From positions 69,688,001 through 69,752,000 of the forward strand of contig NC_043008.1 of the NCBI RefSeq assembly GCF_006345805.1: a stretch of DNA of 64,000 nucleotides, written 5' to 3'. Source of the DNA: Octopus sinensis. Taxonomy: Eukaryota. A program made the translations under genes and the position numbers. Below are positions 27,412 to 40,634 of this stretch, piece by piece; within the stretch, counting starts at the first letter, position 1, and each line of letters opens with the position of its first letter. A model generated the notes under the pieces. The model was not told the origin of the DNA and ran no database searches. It saw only the letters and a list, made by a program, of their open reading frames with translations.

Positions 27412-27606
27412 TGGCTAATTCGCAATTTTCAACCTAAAGGCAAACTTATATGTATGTCAACTATGTGAACAAAGGCAATAATCAGCACCCGTATTGCTAG
27501 AAATAAGAAGGAAAACAATTCAATAGCCTATAGCTTTAGAGTTATTTTGATATACATACATAGTAAGTAGACAAACAGCATTAACACATTTAACTGAAGT
27601 TTTAAA

Positions 27607-27655
27607 TAATACTTTAAGTTTCATATGCACAGGTAGATGACTACATCCTCAGACG
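27607..27655 (-). ncRNA. Degenerate HHR-like motif, inverted partner of 27689-27737
   Basis: CUGAGGA..GAAAC-UUAAA-GUA; stem I broken. Confidence 0.4.
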
Positions 27656-27688
27656 TAGGGATTCAGAGTCTGTACGTCTAATTCTGTA

Positions 27689-27737
27689 CATCTGAAGATG
27701 TATGTACATATCTGTACCTATGAAACTTCAAGTAATG
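27689..27737 (+). ncRNA. Hammerhead ribozyme-like motif
   Basis: CAU-CUGAAGA-[GUACA(UAUC)UGUAC stem II]-GAAAC-UUCAA-GUA-AUG; near-palindromic ACUU-C-AAGU stem III; 3-bp stem I. Confidence 0.55.
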
Positions 27738-28019
27738 GAAAATCCTGATACTCCATGTAAGTTCCCGTAAACTAGCTGTTTGTCATAAATAAATGATGGA
27801 GTAAGTATGAGGCTTTAAAAAATAAGTAATGGTGATGATTTATTCGACTGAAGGACTTCTAGGCGGTGCCCCAGCATGGCCATAGTGCAATAAATGAAGC
27901 AAGTAGAGGACAAAATTTTTTATTATTAGTTTTTATTGTTAGATAGGTGTATATGTTTCTTTACTTGCTTTCAGCAAATTTTTGTAGCGGATGGAGACGA
28001 TGGTGCGTATGCGCGAGCA

Positions 28020-28024
28020 CATGT

Positions 28025-28081
<57 letters not shown>

Positions 28082-28228
28082 TGAGTGTGTGTGTGTGTTT
28101 GTATGTTTGTTTGTGTGTGTGTGTGAGTGTGTGTGTGTGTTTGTATGTTTGTTTGTGTGTGTGTGTGTGTGTGTGTCTGTGTGTGTGTGGTGTGTGTGTG
28201 AGTGTGTGTGTGTGTTTGTATGTTTGTT

Positions 28229-28261
<33 letters not shown>

Positions 28262-28323
28262 GTGAGTGTGTGTGTGTGTTTGTATGTTTTTTTTTGTGTG
28301 GTGTGTGTGTGTGTGTGTTTGTA

Positions 28324-28382
<59 letters not shown>

Positions 28383-28445
28383 TTGTGTGTATGTGTTTGT
28401 GTGTGTGTATGTGTGAGTGTGTGTGTGTGTTTGTGTGTGTTTGTG
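28020..28445. repeat. Long imperfect (GT)n array with higher-order ~44-bp periodicity
   Basis: GAGTGTGTGTGTGTGTTTGTATGTTTGTTT recurs inside the (GT)n. Confidence 0.9.
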
Positions 28446-28960
28446 GGGGGTATGTGTTCAATAACATATACTACTTCTGATTTATATCAACCAGATTACT
28501 GTTGAAGCGTCTATGATGTATGAACGCTACAATAATAAACTGGTTAAATGTTCACACAGACACGCACACACATATATATATATATATGCATACGTTTGTA
28601 CATGCATGCTCGTGTATATGTATGTATAATATATCTATCTATCTATCTATCTATCTATCTACCTTTCTTCTCTCTCTTTCTCTCTCTCTCTCTCCATATA
28701 TTATATATATATTATATATATAATATATATATCTACATATATAATATACACATATATACGCACATCTGTGCTCGTGTGAATATATTAATGTATTAATATA
28801 CATTTATATATATATATATGTATATATATGCACATCTGTTGCTTGTATGAATATCAATGTGTAAATATGTATATATGGATGTTGCATATATATATATATA
28901 TATATGCACATCTGTTGCTTGTGTGAATATCAATATGTAAATATGTATATATGCATGTGA

Positions 28961-29029
<69 letters not shown>

Positions 29030-30542
29030 CATGCATACATATACGTATGTATGTATGCATGTATGTATGGAAATACACATACGCACATATATTATAAACT
29101 AATATAAAATGCAAAGTCACGCTCTCGGTTTTTGAGTTGTTTAGTGTAACTATCTCCGTCACGGAAGTAGCAGCTACGAGTTAAAGGACTGCATATAATT
29201 CAAACTTTTCGAAAGAGGACAATGCAAATATATACATGTGTATACAAAGTATTTTAATAATAACTTTCGTCCTTTGTTTATATTTTCGCCGATATGTATA
29301 TCGACTTCGTAATTCATATATTCTGGTATTTATTTTCTGATGTGTATATATGCATGTCTCTAGGTATGTATACATACATACATATATGCACATATGTATG
29401 TGTGTGAATATACAGCCATCCATAGACATATATATACATATGTATACACATATACATATACATATATATATATATGTATATGCATGCATGCATTATACAC
29501 AACCACACATACAAACACACATACAAACACACATATATATGCTTATATAAATAAACATATAAAAAGAACAAAATTGGTCTGAGGTTCACTACAGCTGTTT
29601 CAGACCTGTTTCTCATTGATGAATAAGCTGACTATATCATGGAAAAAGGAAACATTTTGTTCGAGTGAATTCAAGCTTAAAATAAAAAATGAGGTTCAGA
29701 ACCGATATCAAGATATAGAATGTACGTCGAGACTTCCATTTTGGTAGCAGTGATAGGAATTTATAAAGTGTTGAAGGAACGGGGTATAAGTGCTTTTTTT
29801 GTGTAGGACTTTGAAGTACATAAATTCTATAAGTAATAGCATGTAAATGTTGGGTTGAAAACCCCTTTTCGAATAGGTCGAAGTTTGCGGATGGGAATGG
29901 AATCCAGATCTCTTGTAGACATGACAGGCATTCTACCACTGGATAGAGGCATTCCTTTGAATTTCTTTGCTCATTGTAGAAACGAATTTCTTACCAGCGG
30001 AGATTGTATGTTGTGGGTTCGAGTCTCATGTCTAGTCTTAGTATTTTTGTATCCCAAATGTTTCTTCAACCCAATATTTACAAAAGAATTGTGTATGTAT
30101 GTATGTACGTATGTATGCGTATGTATGTACATTGAAAGTTCATTTGTAGTTTTATTAACTATTATTCAGCCGCCCATATATATTCTCCATTTTTTAGTAT
30201 GTATATGTATATAAGCCCATACGCATACACGCCAACACACTTAAACCTTACATACACACAACAACGTACACACACACACATGCATATATATTTATATATA
30301 ACAGAAAGAGAAGCGTACAACACCGCACAAGGGCATGCATGTATTTTGAGAGAATACAGTTTCCTATGTCTTGTTTTGTTCCTTTGAAACGTTGCTCTCT
30401 GGGCCGTCATTTATTGTGTTGATTTCAAATGTTCTACTTCCACTACCCCTGCTGGCAAAGAATAGATACACACTTCTCCCCACTATTAACACCTCCAAAA
30501 CCACCACCACCACCACCACCACCACCACCACCACCACCACCG

Positions 30543-30600
<58 letters not shown>

Positions 30601-30817
30601 ACTACTACTTGCGAACGTGTGTACACACCAATTTTCCTGCGTGTTATTGCATACATTATCCCACAAATTGAGACAGCGTCTTGTTCGGAAACGTTTCCTT
30701 TTGTTGCCCTCGTGGCAAATAATAATATATAATAATATAATAATAATAATAATAATAATATATAATAATAATAATAATAATAAATAATATTATATAAATA
30801 ATATATAATAATAATAA

Positions 30818-30882
<65 letters not shown>

Positions 30883-31385
30883 CGAGGCAGTGGCTCTTAT
30901 GGCTTCTAATCTTAACTGACTGGGAGTGTTATCATGTACATTGTTTTGTCTTGGTATAAAAGATGGGCTACAACAAATATTCTGCTCAGTACCACAGATT
31001 TGCTTGACAGTTGTTTGACCTTAATAAGTTGAGCATGTCCCTTGATGGCTGACGAAATGTGCATCTCTGAACACGAGCTGAAGTAGTGGGGGAGCATCAT
31101 AGCCATGTTTTGAGAGGGATTCTTTGGGCTTTGAATAATTCACTTCTGGAAATATGGGTGTTTCGTTCAACATCCTTAAATAACCCTTATTCAAAGACCT
31201 TTTGATTGAGATGGGCTACTCGACCTGAAGAAAATTCTAACTGGGCCCTACCTGCAAGGTCATGCGCTGTTTTCAGGATATGAGATCACCGTGTACCCTT
31301 ATCATGATGTAGTCATGATGGATATAATGGGCTTCGTATATTTTACCGCAGTATCGCTTTGTTGGCATGCACTGCTCTCTCACTC
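30883..31385 (+). mobile_element. Family E copy 3
   Basis: Colinear with copy 1; ~15 bp missing at the 5' end and an internal deletion; 3' (AAT)n leads into SINE D. Confidence 0.88.
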
Positions 31386-31400
31386 AATAATAATAATAAT

Positions 31401-31610
31401 GGTTTCAAATTCTAGCACAAGGCCAGAAAGTTCAGAGGTGAGGATAAGTCGATTACTTTGACCCTAGTGCTCAATTGGTACTTATTTTATTGACCCCGAA
31501 AGGATGAAGGGCAAAGTCGACCTCGCCAGCACTTGAACCCAGAACACAAAGATAGGCGAAATGTCGCTAAGCATTTTTTCCGGCGTGCTAACGATTCTGC
31601 CAGCTTGCCT
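31401..31610 (-). mobile_element. SINE family D
   Basis: Full head-to-tail match. Confidence 0.85.
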
Positions 31611-32079
31611 AATAACAACAACAACAACTACACTAGCACTTTGAAATGCCAACAGAAAAGAGATGGTATAGACTAGGTACAGGACGAAAAAGGTTTCCGA
31701 GAATGACAAAGCGACCATATTGTGGGATATTTCAATAAATACAGGATAATGCACTAGATCTCAAAATTCGCCAGGAAAAAATGTCTTCTAATCGACATAT
31801 CGCTTCCAACAAATTATGATGTATTTCTAAAAGAGACGGGAAAATTATCCAGATATCTGGATCTGGATATAGAGATAACCTTAACATGGAGCCTGCAGAT
31901 AGAAACCATCCGTTTAGTAATTGATGCTTTTATAACCCCCACCCCACACGCAAACACATGTTATGACGAATCCCTGACTAGATCTTAAGGACTTATAAAC
32001 GTGCAAATCATATTGCAAAATAGCACTGCTAGGTACCGCACACTTCTGATAGGGAGCTTTTAATAAAGAAAAAACAAGC

Positions 32080-32243
32080 AAGCGCAGGAGTGGCTGTGTG
32101 GTAAGTAGCTTGCTTGCCAACCACATGGTTCCGGGTTCAGTCCCACTGCGTGGCACTTTGGGCAAGTGTCTTCTACTATAGCCTCGGGCCGACCAAAGCC
32201 TTGTGAGTGAATTTGGTAGACTGAAACTGAAAGAAGCCCGTCG

Positions 32244-32298
<55 letters not shown>

Positions 32299-32533
32299 AT
32301 GTATGTATGTATGTATGTATGTATGTATGTATGTATGTATGTATGTATGTGTTTATATGTTTGTGTTTGTCCCCCCCATCGCTGCTTGACAACTGACGCT
32401 GGTGTGTTTACGTCCCCGTAACTTAGCGGTTCGATACTAGGCTTACAAAGAATAAGTCCTGGGGTGGATTTGCTCGACTAAAGGCGGTGCTCCAGCGTGG
32501 CCACAGTCAAATGACTGAAACAAGTAAAGAGTA
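32080..32533 (+). mobile_element. SINE family A, full-length reference copy
   Basis: A-box-like TGGCTGTGTGG, B-box-like GGTTCAGTCCC, CTTTGGGCAAGTGTCTT middle, internal (TA)(GT)(ATGT)n, 3' GACTGAAACAAGTAAAGAGTA. Other fragments at 27820-27910, 39745-39870(-), 47542-47950, 55147-55510 and 61767-61865. Confidence 0.92.
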
Positions 32534-32650
32534 AGCCTACAACAAGCAACTCTACTAAGAACAGAGCTGCTCTCGATAGTGAAGTGAAATCAGGCAACAA
32601 GAATAAGACTTCATAACAATAACAAAATCAACCACATCAGCAACAACAAC

Positions 32651-32730
<80 letters not shown>

Positions 32731-33039
32731 CAGCAGCAGCAATAATTTTCTAACTGTCAATTGTTGATTGACAATGATAAAAAGAAGGTTGCTAAAGGAG
32801 TAAATCCGAAGCAAGAAAGTTCTCAGTAGTTGTTAGTTAACAAACAGCAAAACTCTAAACCTAAATCAAACCTGGAACGAACAGTTAAGGTAGAACCCAA
32901 TGCAAAAGTATATATACTTTTTAATCGGCAGTGAAGTTGCCAAAATTGTTTCAAGGGCTGGCAGTTTCATACATAGCATTTATTAAGCATAGTCATGCCT
33001 TTGTACATACATACATATAAATATATATGCTTATGTACA

Positions 33040-33310
<271 letters not shown>

Positions 33311-33556
33311 TGTATATTTATATGTATATATCTATATATACGTATATGTATCTTAAGGAAAGCAGAAAACGTAATTGGTATTTTTAAGCTTATACGCACG
33401 TCTCCCCAAGCCGATTGTCGTTATTACGTTATTATTAAAGATGGAGACACAGTAGCGTAGAAAAGCTTCACTAAATACATCATGCCATCAATATTCAACT
33501 ATTTCAAGAAAATGCCCTCTAGTTCTGTCATAAGCTTTCCCTTGTCTTACAAATTG

Positions 33557-33745
33557 ATAATGTGGAAATACTATAGAATCTTAACTGACAAAGGTACGTC
33601 GAAATTGTCAATAATAAACCTGGCATTGTTCTCCTTGAGAAAAATGACAATAAGGAATTAATTATCGACACTGCAATGCCAAATAACATATAATGTTGTC
33701 TACAAGGGATCTGAAAAATCCAAGGAATTTCGCCGACCTAGTTGT
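33557..33745 (+). pseudogene. R4/Dong-type LINE endonuclease-domain fragment
   Basis: IMW..ILTDK / NNKPGIVLLEKNDNKELIIDTAMPN / NVVYKGSEK matches the RLE pattern 'TD..I..N.PDIV......IIDIA.P....KE.EK' with the catalytic D lost. Confidence 0.7.
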
Positions 33746-33895
33746 ACAGCGAAAACATTATAACAGTTCAGTAATGTGTTCATCATCTTAATGTATCATT
33801 TGTGCTTTTTATAACTGGAATGACACAATCATTTCTGTAAGAGCAATGATAAATTATCTCTAAGGATGGTCATATGCATATTCCAGAAAATATTG

Positions 33896-34103
33896 ATTTC
33901 AAATTTTGGCACAAGGTCAGCAAATTTCGGTGGCAGGAGGAAGACAATTACACCGACCCAACGATCAGTGCTTATTTCATCGATCCCGAAAGCACGTAAG
34001 GGTAAAGTCGACCAAAGTGGCTTTCAAATTCAGGGCGTAAAGTCGAAAGAAATGCTGCTAAGCATTTTCCCCGGTACGGCAATGCTTCTGCCAGCATGCC
34101 GCT
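33896..34103 (-). mobile_element. SINE family D; a more degenerate copy follows at ~34230-34420
   Basis: Colinear with family D. Confidence 0.8.
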
Positions 34104-34599
34104 TTGGAGTAAATACGCTATTTGTTTACTGTGAACATATCAACGCTTTTTGTCCAGAATGTACCCAATTCTTGTATCAATTGAAGAAAACTATTTTCTC
34201 AAGTCATTAATAATTCATTCTACTATGGACAGAGAGCTTGAAATTATCAGGGCAGAGGCTTGTCGATTACACAAACTCTAGTGCTCAACTGCAACTTATC
34301 TCATCGATCTTAAAGAAAAAAAAAGTTAAACCGGGTCGAATTTCAACACAGAACGTAGAGCTGGAAGAGATGTTGCTATTTTGTCCTACGCGCCAACAAT
34401 TCTGCCGGTTCGCTGCATAATAACGATAACTTCTTTAATTTGCCGCAGGGGCATAGAATAAAGAGCACATACCAAAAACAAGAGTGAAGAAAAAGACAGA
34501 GAAATTATTCATAAAGTATACATCAACTACAAATATATAAATACATGAATGTACAGATCTTCTAATACATGAAGACCTTCATCTCGGGCAAATCAGAGA

Positions 34600-34860
34600 G
34601 CTCTGCAGATTCGAGATCATCGTGAACCATCGAGAGCTAGTAACCTTTCCTAGCTGTTCTTCATTCTACAAGCGAATGCTTAGCCTAATTCCACTCATTG
34701 AAACCAATTTTGCTACAGTTACTCACTTTTGACGAATTCACTTCCTTCGCCACCCTTAATTTTCTCGCCTCGAGAATCAAGAAAAGAAGGCGATGAGAGT
34801 GTAACCGAAAACAGTGTCCGTCCTCAATGCTTTCAGCTATGACCATCATATATCTTATTC
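34600..34860 (-). pseudogene. Possible L1/Tx1-type LINE 3' fragment
   Basis: Interrupted translation ..TLIAFF..K*VTVAKLVSMSG resembles Tx1-like C-termini; weak. Confidence 0.3.
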
Positions 34861-34907
34861 AGCAAACCCACGTGACAGAGTAATATTGCCTGTTCGGCCC
34901 TATTATA

Positions 34908-36100
34908 CGAGGGTGGACTGAAAAGTTCATAGGCTGACTGTGATGCTAGAGCTGTGAAATCTTGCAGGCATTAATTTCAACTCTCATTAATAATTGAATT
35001 GTTCCTTTCCAGATGAATTAGCATCGGGTTGTTGATAGAAGATTTCAAAAGTAATTGGTTTCAACAACAGACATGATGTCATCACCACTGTGATACTGGT
35101 TACCAACCAAAATGTTTTCTAATGTTGGGGAGCAAAGGAACGTAAGATGGGGCCAAATCAGGAAAATAGGGAGGGTGATCAATCAGTTCAAAGCCACAGT
35201 CACGCACAGTAGCCATTGAAACCAAGGACTTGTGGTGTTGGATCACATTCCTAATGAAACAAGAACAAAGCCCCTTTCGTCAGTTTTCCTAGGTGTTTGG
35301 TCTTGATAGCTTTTCATAACTGCCTCAGCAAGTTGGCATAGTACTTTCCATAGATTGTGTGGCCTTTTGAATATAGTCAACAAATACAATGCCTTTTGGA
35401 TCCCTCCAAACCGGGGCCATCACGTTCCTTGCATATGACACGACCTTCACCTTCCACTGCAAGGATTGTCACTTTGTCTCTGGCTCTAAGAGATGAATCC
35501 AACATTCATCCTCCATTAGGAAACGTTCAAGGAAACCAGCTGAATCTCCTTCACACAACGGCAGATTTCCCCGTGATGTGATCATCATGGTTCACTTTTG
35601 ATTAGGCGTCAGAAGTGGAAACCTTCATTCATGCCAAGTTCATTGTGCAGAATGTTCTCAACTCTTTCATTGGATATTCCAATAGCATTGGCTGTTTGAT
35701 TTATAGTCAACCGCCTGTCATCCGTCACCATATGGTGGACGCAATCAATGTTTTCCTCGATCCAGACCTTGGGTCATATTCTCCCTTCTAACTTCAGCTG
35801 TCCACTTTTGCACTATTGATACATCTAGAGCGTCATCTCTAAATGTATCAATCACGCCAGCATGAATGTCCATTGAGGCTGAACTTTTTTTCTGCAGGTG
35901 TTTGACAACATCACAATGCCAAATTTTGTCCATTTTCAAGAGAAATCACTACAAGCTACTTTTGAAGCCTTCTTTGCACAGTCAGATGTCAGTATAGTTA
36001 GAAGGAAACAATGCAGCTATTAATAAGAGGTGTTTGAAATTAATGCATGCAAAATTTTACAGCTCTAGCGTCATTCCTTCATCGGCATGAATTTTTTTCG
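34908..36100 (-). mobile_element. mariner (DD34D-type) transposon, near full length, transposase inactivated
   Basis: Left end TA|CGAGGGTGGACTGAAAAGTTC; subterminal inverted repeat (TAGAGCTGTGAAAT..GCATTAATTTCAA versus 36033-36072); motifs DECWIHLLEPETK*QSLQW, KGIVFVDYIQKG and HPPYFPDLAPS; start near 35933; stops and frameshifts. Confidence 0.9.
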
Positions 36101-36719
36101 TGATGGTCGACCATTAGCCGAATCCATCCTACAAGTGGTAATGGTTGTTGGACATCAGTGAGGAATAGCTGGACACTGCATGAGCATGTGCAGAAAGATT
36201 TCGTCGCTCAGGATGTATTTTTAACAGTACCATTTGTAGAGTTTCACTCAAGCAGTACTCCTCGGTAGCATTTATTGCCAGGTAAAAACACTTCCGGAGG
36301 CTACTCATAATAATTTCCGGTTAAAATCTCTTCCCGAACATTTCACTTAGTTTTTCGTCGATGTCTAGAATTTCCCCAAAGATACCGTCGCTCAACCTCA
36401 CTTCCAGACTTATAAATATAGCTAAGTGGAGTTTCCCTAGGCTACCTTACTCAACTGGTAGACGGCAATGAGTGCTGGACCATATTTTAGAAATGTTTCA
36501 TTGTCTTTCTTTTTTTTCTATTTTTATTTATTTACTGTTTTTGCTACATTGGCTTCGAGTGGGGTCGTAAATTACAACGATAAATTTTTTCAAAATGGAA
36601 AAAAGTGGCATGGAAAATATATATATTCCAGCAAAAGACAGTGATCAAAAGAAGACCCTACACATCGAAGATTTCTCTTATAACCATAAGAACAATAGCT
36701 CCTCCCAGCTGATACTGTT

Positions 36720-37015
36720 GTTGTTGTTATTTAAGTCTAGATTGGCCCTGATCCAGTAGAATTATGGTCACAAGTATTTGATAATAATAATATCATTGTC
36801 ACGGTTATTATTGTTTAACACCAGGCCAGCTCTGATCCAGCAGAATTATCCTCAGAAGAACTTTTTCTTAAGACTAACCCAGTTCTGATCCTGCACACTT
36901 CTGATAAAAATTTATCGATGATGCTGTTATTCTTGTTTCTGCTGTCATTGTTGATGATGATGATGTTTAGCCCCAGGTCAGCCTTGATCCAGCAGAATTA
37001 TGATCAAATGTGATT
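36720..37015 (-). repeat. Four stacked ~50-bp retroelement 3' stubs separated by (GTT)/(GAT) tails
   Basis: CCAGGTCAGCCTTGATCCAGCAGAATTATG-like motif repeated at ~36730, 36815, 36875 and 36965. Confidence 0.6.
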
Positions 37016-37328
37016 TTTGTGGATCCAATACAACCAAAAGAGATTATAACGGTGGCAATATAATTTACCTCTAAACTAGAGTTGGTCCATCAAAACTGAC
37101 AACAAACATTCCATCTATGACCAATCCAACGTTTTACGTTACATATAGTGTTATATAGGCGATACATTTATCCAAATTGTTTCTCATTTCTTAAGACGTT
37201 ACGGTGCGATTTAAGACAGATTTCTGTTGCTACTGTGTCTATGATATGATGCGATCACGTTGAGTCTCTCTGGTTACTGTTGCTGTTGTTTACATGTGTT
37301 AATATTACAATTACTATTATTATTATTA

Positions 37329-37372
<44 letters not shown>

Positions 37373-38005
37373 AATCTCCACCTCCCCTCCTCCTCCTCCG
37401 CTACCCCTCCCCTGATGATGTCATAGAAGCAACCTGATTTCCAAGTTATTGATTATTTGCAGAGCAACAAGTCAAAAGATTTTTACCGTTTTCCTTCCTT
37501 TTTTCGATATTTTATGAAGAATTTCCTAAATAAAATATGATAATGTATATTTTCTTCTTCCACTTTACCATTCTTTTCTTACCCTCCATTTCGCTCTCTC
37601 TCTCTCTCTCTCTCTCTCGCTCATCCTCTCTCTCTCATCCCCCTTCTCTCTCATACTCTCTCTCATTTTCTCTCTTTGTCTCTCTCTCTATTTCTTTACT
37701 TTTTCTTTTTACTTTTGTCTATGTATATTTATTTGTACGTGAGTATGTATGTGTTTGTGTGTGTGTAGGAACGTATGGAGATAGGTATGTATGTGTGATA
37801 TAATATATGTATAAGTGTGTTCGTGTGTGTGTATATCCGTGTTTCTGTAAATGTATAGCATGTGCGTCGATTTCTGTCGCTACTTAACAATGACCGCGTA
37901 TGTCTATCAAGTGCACACACACACACACACACACACACACACCACACACACACACACACACACTCAAACATCGTTTCTAGTATTTCTTCATTCTCTCTAT
38001 TCCGA

Positions 38006-38076
<71 letters not shown>

Positions 38077-38125
38077 TACTATATCTATCTATCTGTCTGT
38101 CTATCTCTCTATACATACTACATAA

Positions 38126-38185
<60 letters not shown>

Positions 38186-38255
38186 ATGTTATATATATTA
38201 TCTATACATATATGTACACACCCACATGTATTCATATATACGAACACAAACATCA

Positions 38256-38301
<46 letters not shown>

Positions 38302-38390
38302 GGATGGATAGATAGATAGATAGCTAGATGCCTATACTTCTCTCCCTGTATTTATCTGTCTGGTAATCTATTCTTCTCTCTGCCTGTCTA

Positions 38391-38421
<31 letters not shown>

Positions 38422-38537
38422 ACCAACATGAATACATACATATATACATACACATACGTACATACATGCACACGTAAATGCATTTCTGTCGATTTCGACA
38501 ATGATTCTTCACTTATTGGATCAAATCAACAACCTAC

Positions 38538-38683
38538 TCAATGTAGTTTGTGAGTTTCAGAATATTCCAGACAAGTGTACTCTTCATATAATCCTCAGCA
38601 GAATCAACGTCATGCAGTGTGAATCGTTTGATTATTAATATCATGGGTTCAGTTCCACCTTCTCTTACAACGGTTAGGTCAAC
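38538..38683 (-). CDS. Candidate internal exon: VDLTVVREGGTEPMILIIKRFTLHDVDSAEDYMKSTLVWNILKLTNYI
   Basis: 146-nt frame opens immediately after the acceptor CACAGCCTTAG| (branch-like CCTTAAC upstream) and ends at the donor GA|GTAGGT; phase 0 to 2; unique sequence; product unidentified. Confidence 0.45.
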
Positions 38684-39529
38684 CTAAGGCTGTGATAATT
38701 GTTAAGGCATGAAATTATGGAATAACAATTACCAAAGCTGCCATTCTGACAACATATTGAACTTACATCTCGGATGTCGAAACGGAAGGAAATATTAAAA
38801 TTATGTAAGGTCTGGAATATGAGATGATGGGTCGTATCAGTAAAGGGTGATTTATAAAAGCTGGTTTACAAATCTATATTTTAGTCAAACTGTTTAACAA
38901 ACTGACGTTTCGAACATTTGTCATTCATCACAAAGAAAATGTCGAGCTTTGAGAACCTTCTCTATACATGACTCATACATCATTTTATACGGATATAATT
39001 CATTACATGTCAAATTAATAATGAAGTTTCTGTCTGGTGGCTTTACCTGTTAGAAATAACGCTAAAATGTCTTTGAAATTTTAAAAGAAAGGGCACATTC
39101 GAGAGTATCAGTAAAAGCCATAGTTTCGAACAAAAGACTGGATGTTCAAGGCTAGAACCCTTTTCGCCAGAAGTATGTTTTTCAAAATAAAGGACACAGA
39201 TGATAGTGTTTCATAAACACATCGTTTTGAATAAAATATGGAATGTCATAGTTAGGATATGTTTGAACAGACTCTACAGTTTGAAATTGAAAGATAAATT
39301 AACATGGAAATTAAAGGAGGGTTTAAAATTAGGTCACCTGAAACCAGGAAGTTTATATCATAGAACCAACGGTGAGTAGTGTACAAATATTTTATGCAAT
39401 ATAGAGAGCGACCCTTTGAATTTTTTACTAGACTATACTATAAGAAATTGCAACTATAATGTTGTTCCTTGAACAGGGCTCCATTAGACTATTTCTAGAA
39501 TATATTCAATGGCTAAATTCAATATCAAA

Positions 39530-39629
39530 NNNNNNNNNNNNNNNNNNNNNNNNNNNNNNNNNNNNNNNNNNNNNNNNNNNNNNNNNNNNNNNNNNNNNNN
39601 NNNNNNNNNNNNNNNNNNNNNNNNNNNNN
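39530..39629. other. Assembly gap (100 N, size unknown)
   Basis: Run of exactly 100 N. Confidence 1.
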
Positions 39630-39899
39630 TAGACCAGAAGTTCTCGACCATTTTTTGCACCTATGGAACCCTTGTGATTCTTATTTTACTCATGGTGGAC
39701 TCTCCTAGCCATTTGATGTTTGAAAAATCTTTTTACATTTTATTCTTTTACTTGTTTTAGTCATTTGACTGCGGCCATGCTGGAGCACTCCCTATAAGGA
39801 TTTTTTAGTCAAAGAAATCAACCCCAGGACTTATTCTTTATAAGCCTGGTACTTATTCTATTACTTTTGCTGTGGTCATTGTTCTTTGGGAGCTTTTAA

Positions 39900-40121
39900 C
39901 CCTTAAACATTTAAACCAGCCATATCAGGCTCAAACATTCCAACTTGTTTCATGTTCAAACTGGCCAGATCTGGCCTTTTACACCTATTCCACAATGTCA
40001 TTCTGAACATAAACTATCACATCATTAAAATCTCAAAGCTACAAATAATAATGCATGATAAATTCAAAATGATGTGAAACAAACGTGTTACATTTGATTG
40101 AGTAATCTGAATGCTTATGGG
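39900..40121. mobile_element. piggyBac-like MITE (222 bp)
   Basis: TTAA|CCC...GGG|TTAA (TSDs 39896-39899 and 40122-40125) with imperfect TIRs. Confidence 0.7.
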
Positions 40122-40298
40122 TTAATTTTTTCTATTTCTTCTTTCCATCTAGAAAAAAATACTACTACTACTACTACTCTCACTACCTACACCACTACAT
40201 AGTAAACCCATCTATCAGTACAATAAATTTACACAACTTCATCACATATCTAACAGTGATAAAGACATAGCATCAGCTAAAGTTTGCTGGGCACTACT

Positions 40299-40438
40299 TT
40301 AGAGCTGAAGATTATCTTTAGAGCTGTAGATTGTGGGTGGGGAGATCTCAGCCATGGTAGATAAAGATGAGCTAGGCTCATAATTTGTGACTTGCAGATC
40401 TTGGCCAGCTAGATCTTTCACTATCAAAGAACTACTGC
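40299..40438 (-). CDS. Candidate terminal coding exon: SSSLIVKDLAGQDLQVTNYEPSSSLSTMAEISPPTIYSSKDNLQL*
   Basis: Acceptor TTTCTACATTTCAG|GC; phase-1 frame of 45 codons to TAA; unique sequence with higher GC than its flanks. Confidence 0.4.
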
Positions 40439-40634
40439 CTGAAATGTAGAAACCTCTCTCTGTTTCTCCCTTACAGTGTAAAACAATAAAAACTATATAG
40501 TGTGTACTTTTGTTGGCCACGTTTTTGTTTGATTAATATTGTTTTATGTTTTGTTCCTAAAACATTTTCACTTAGTCAAGACCAGAGAGTATGGCAATTG
40601 TTGCAGTAACATGAAAATAAAATTTCAATTTTAA

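Noticed and set aside
29095-29130. Helitron-like 5' end (ACTAATATAAAATGC)
   Set aside because: No matching 3' hairpin-CTAG end and no second copy found.
38538-38683. Assigning the candidate exon to a Cys-loop receptor (DVD..VW) or PDZ (V.LTV.R.G) family
   Set aside because: The similarity is a few residues only and not enough to name a product.
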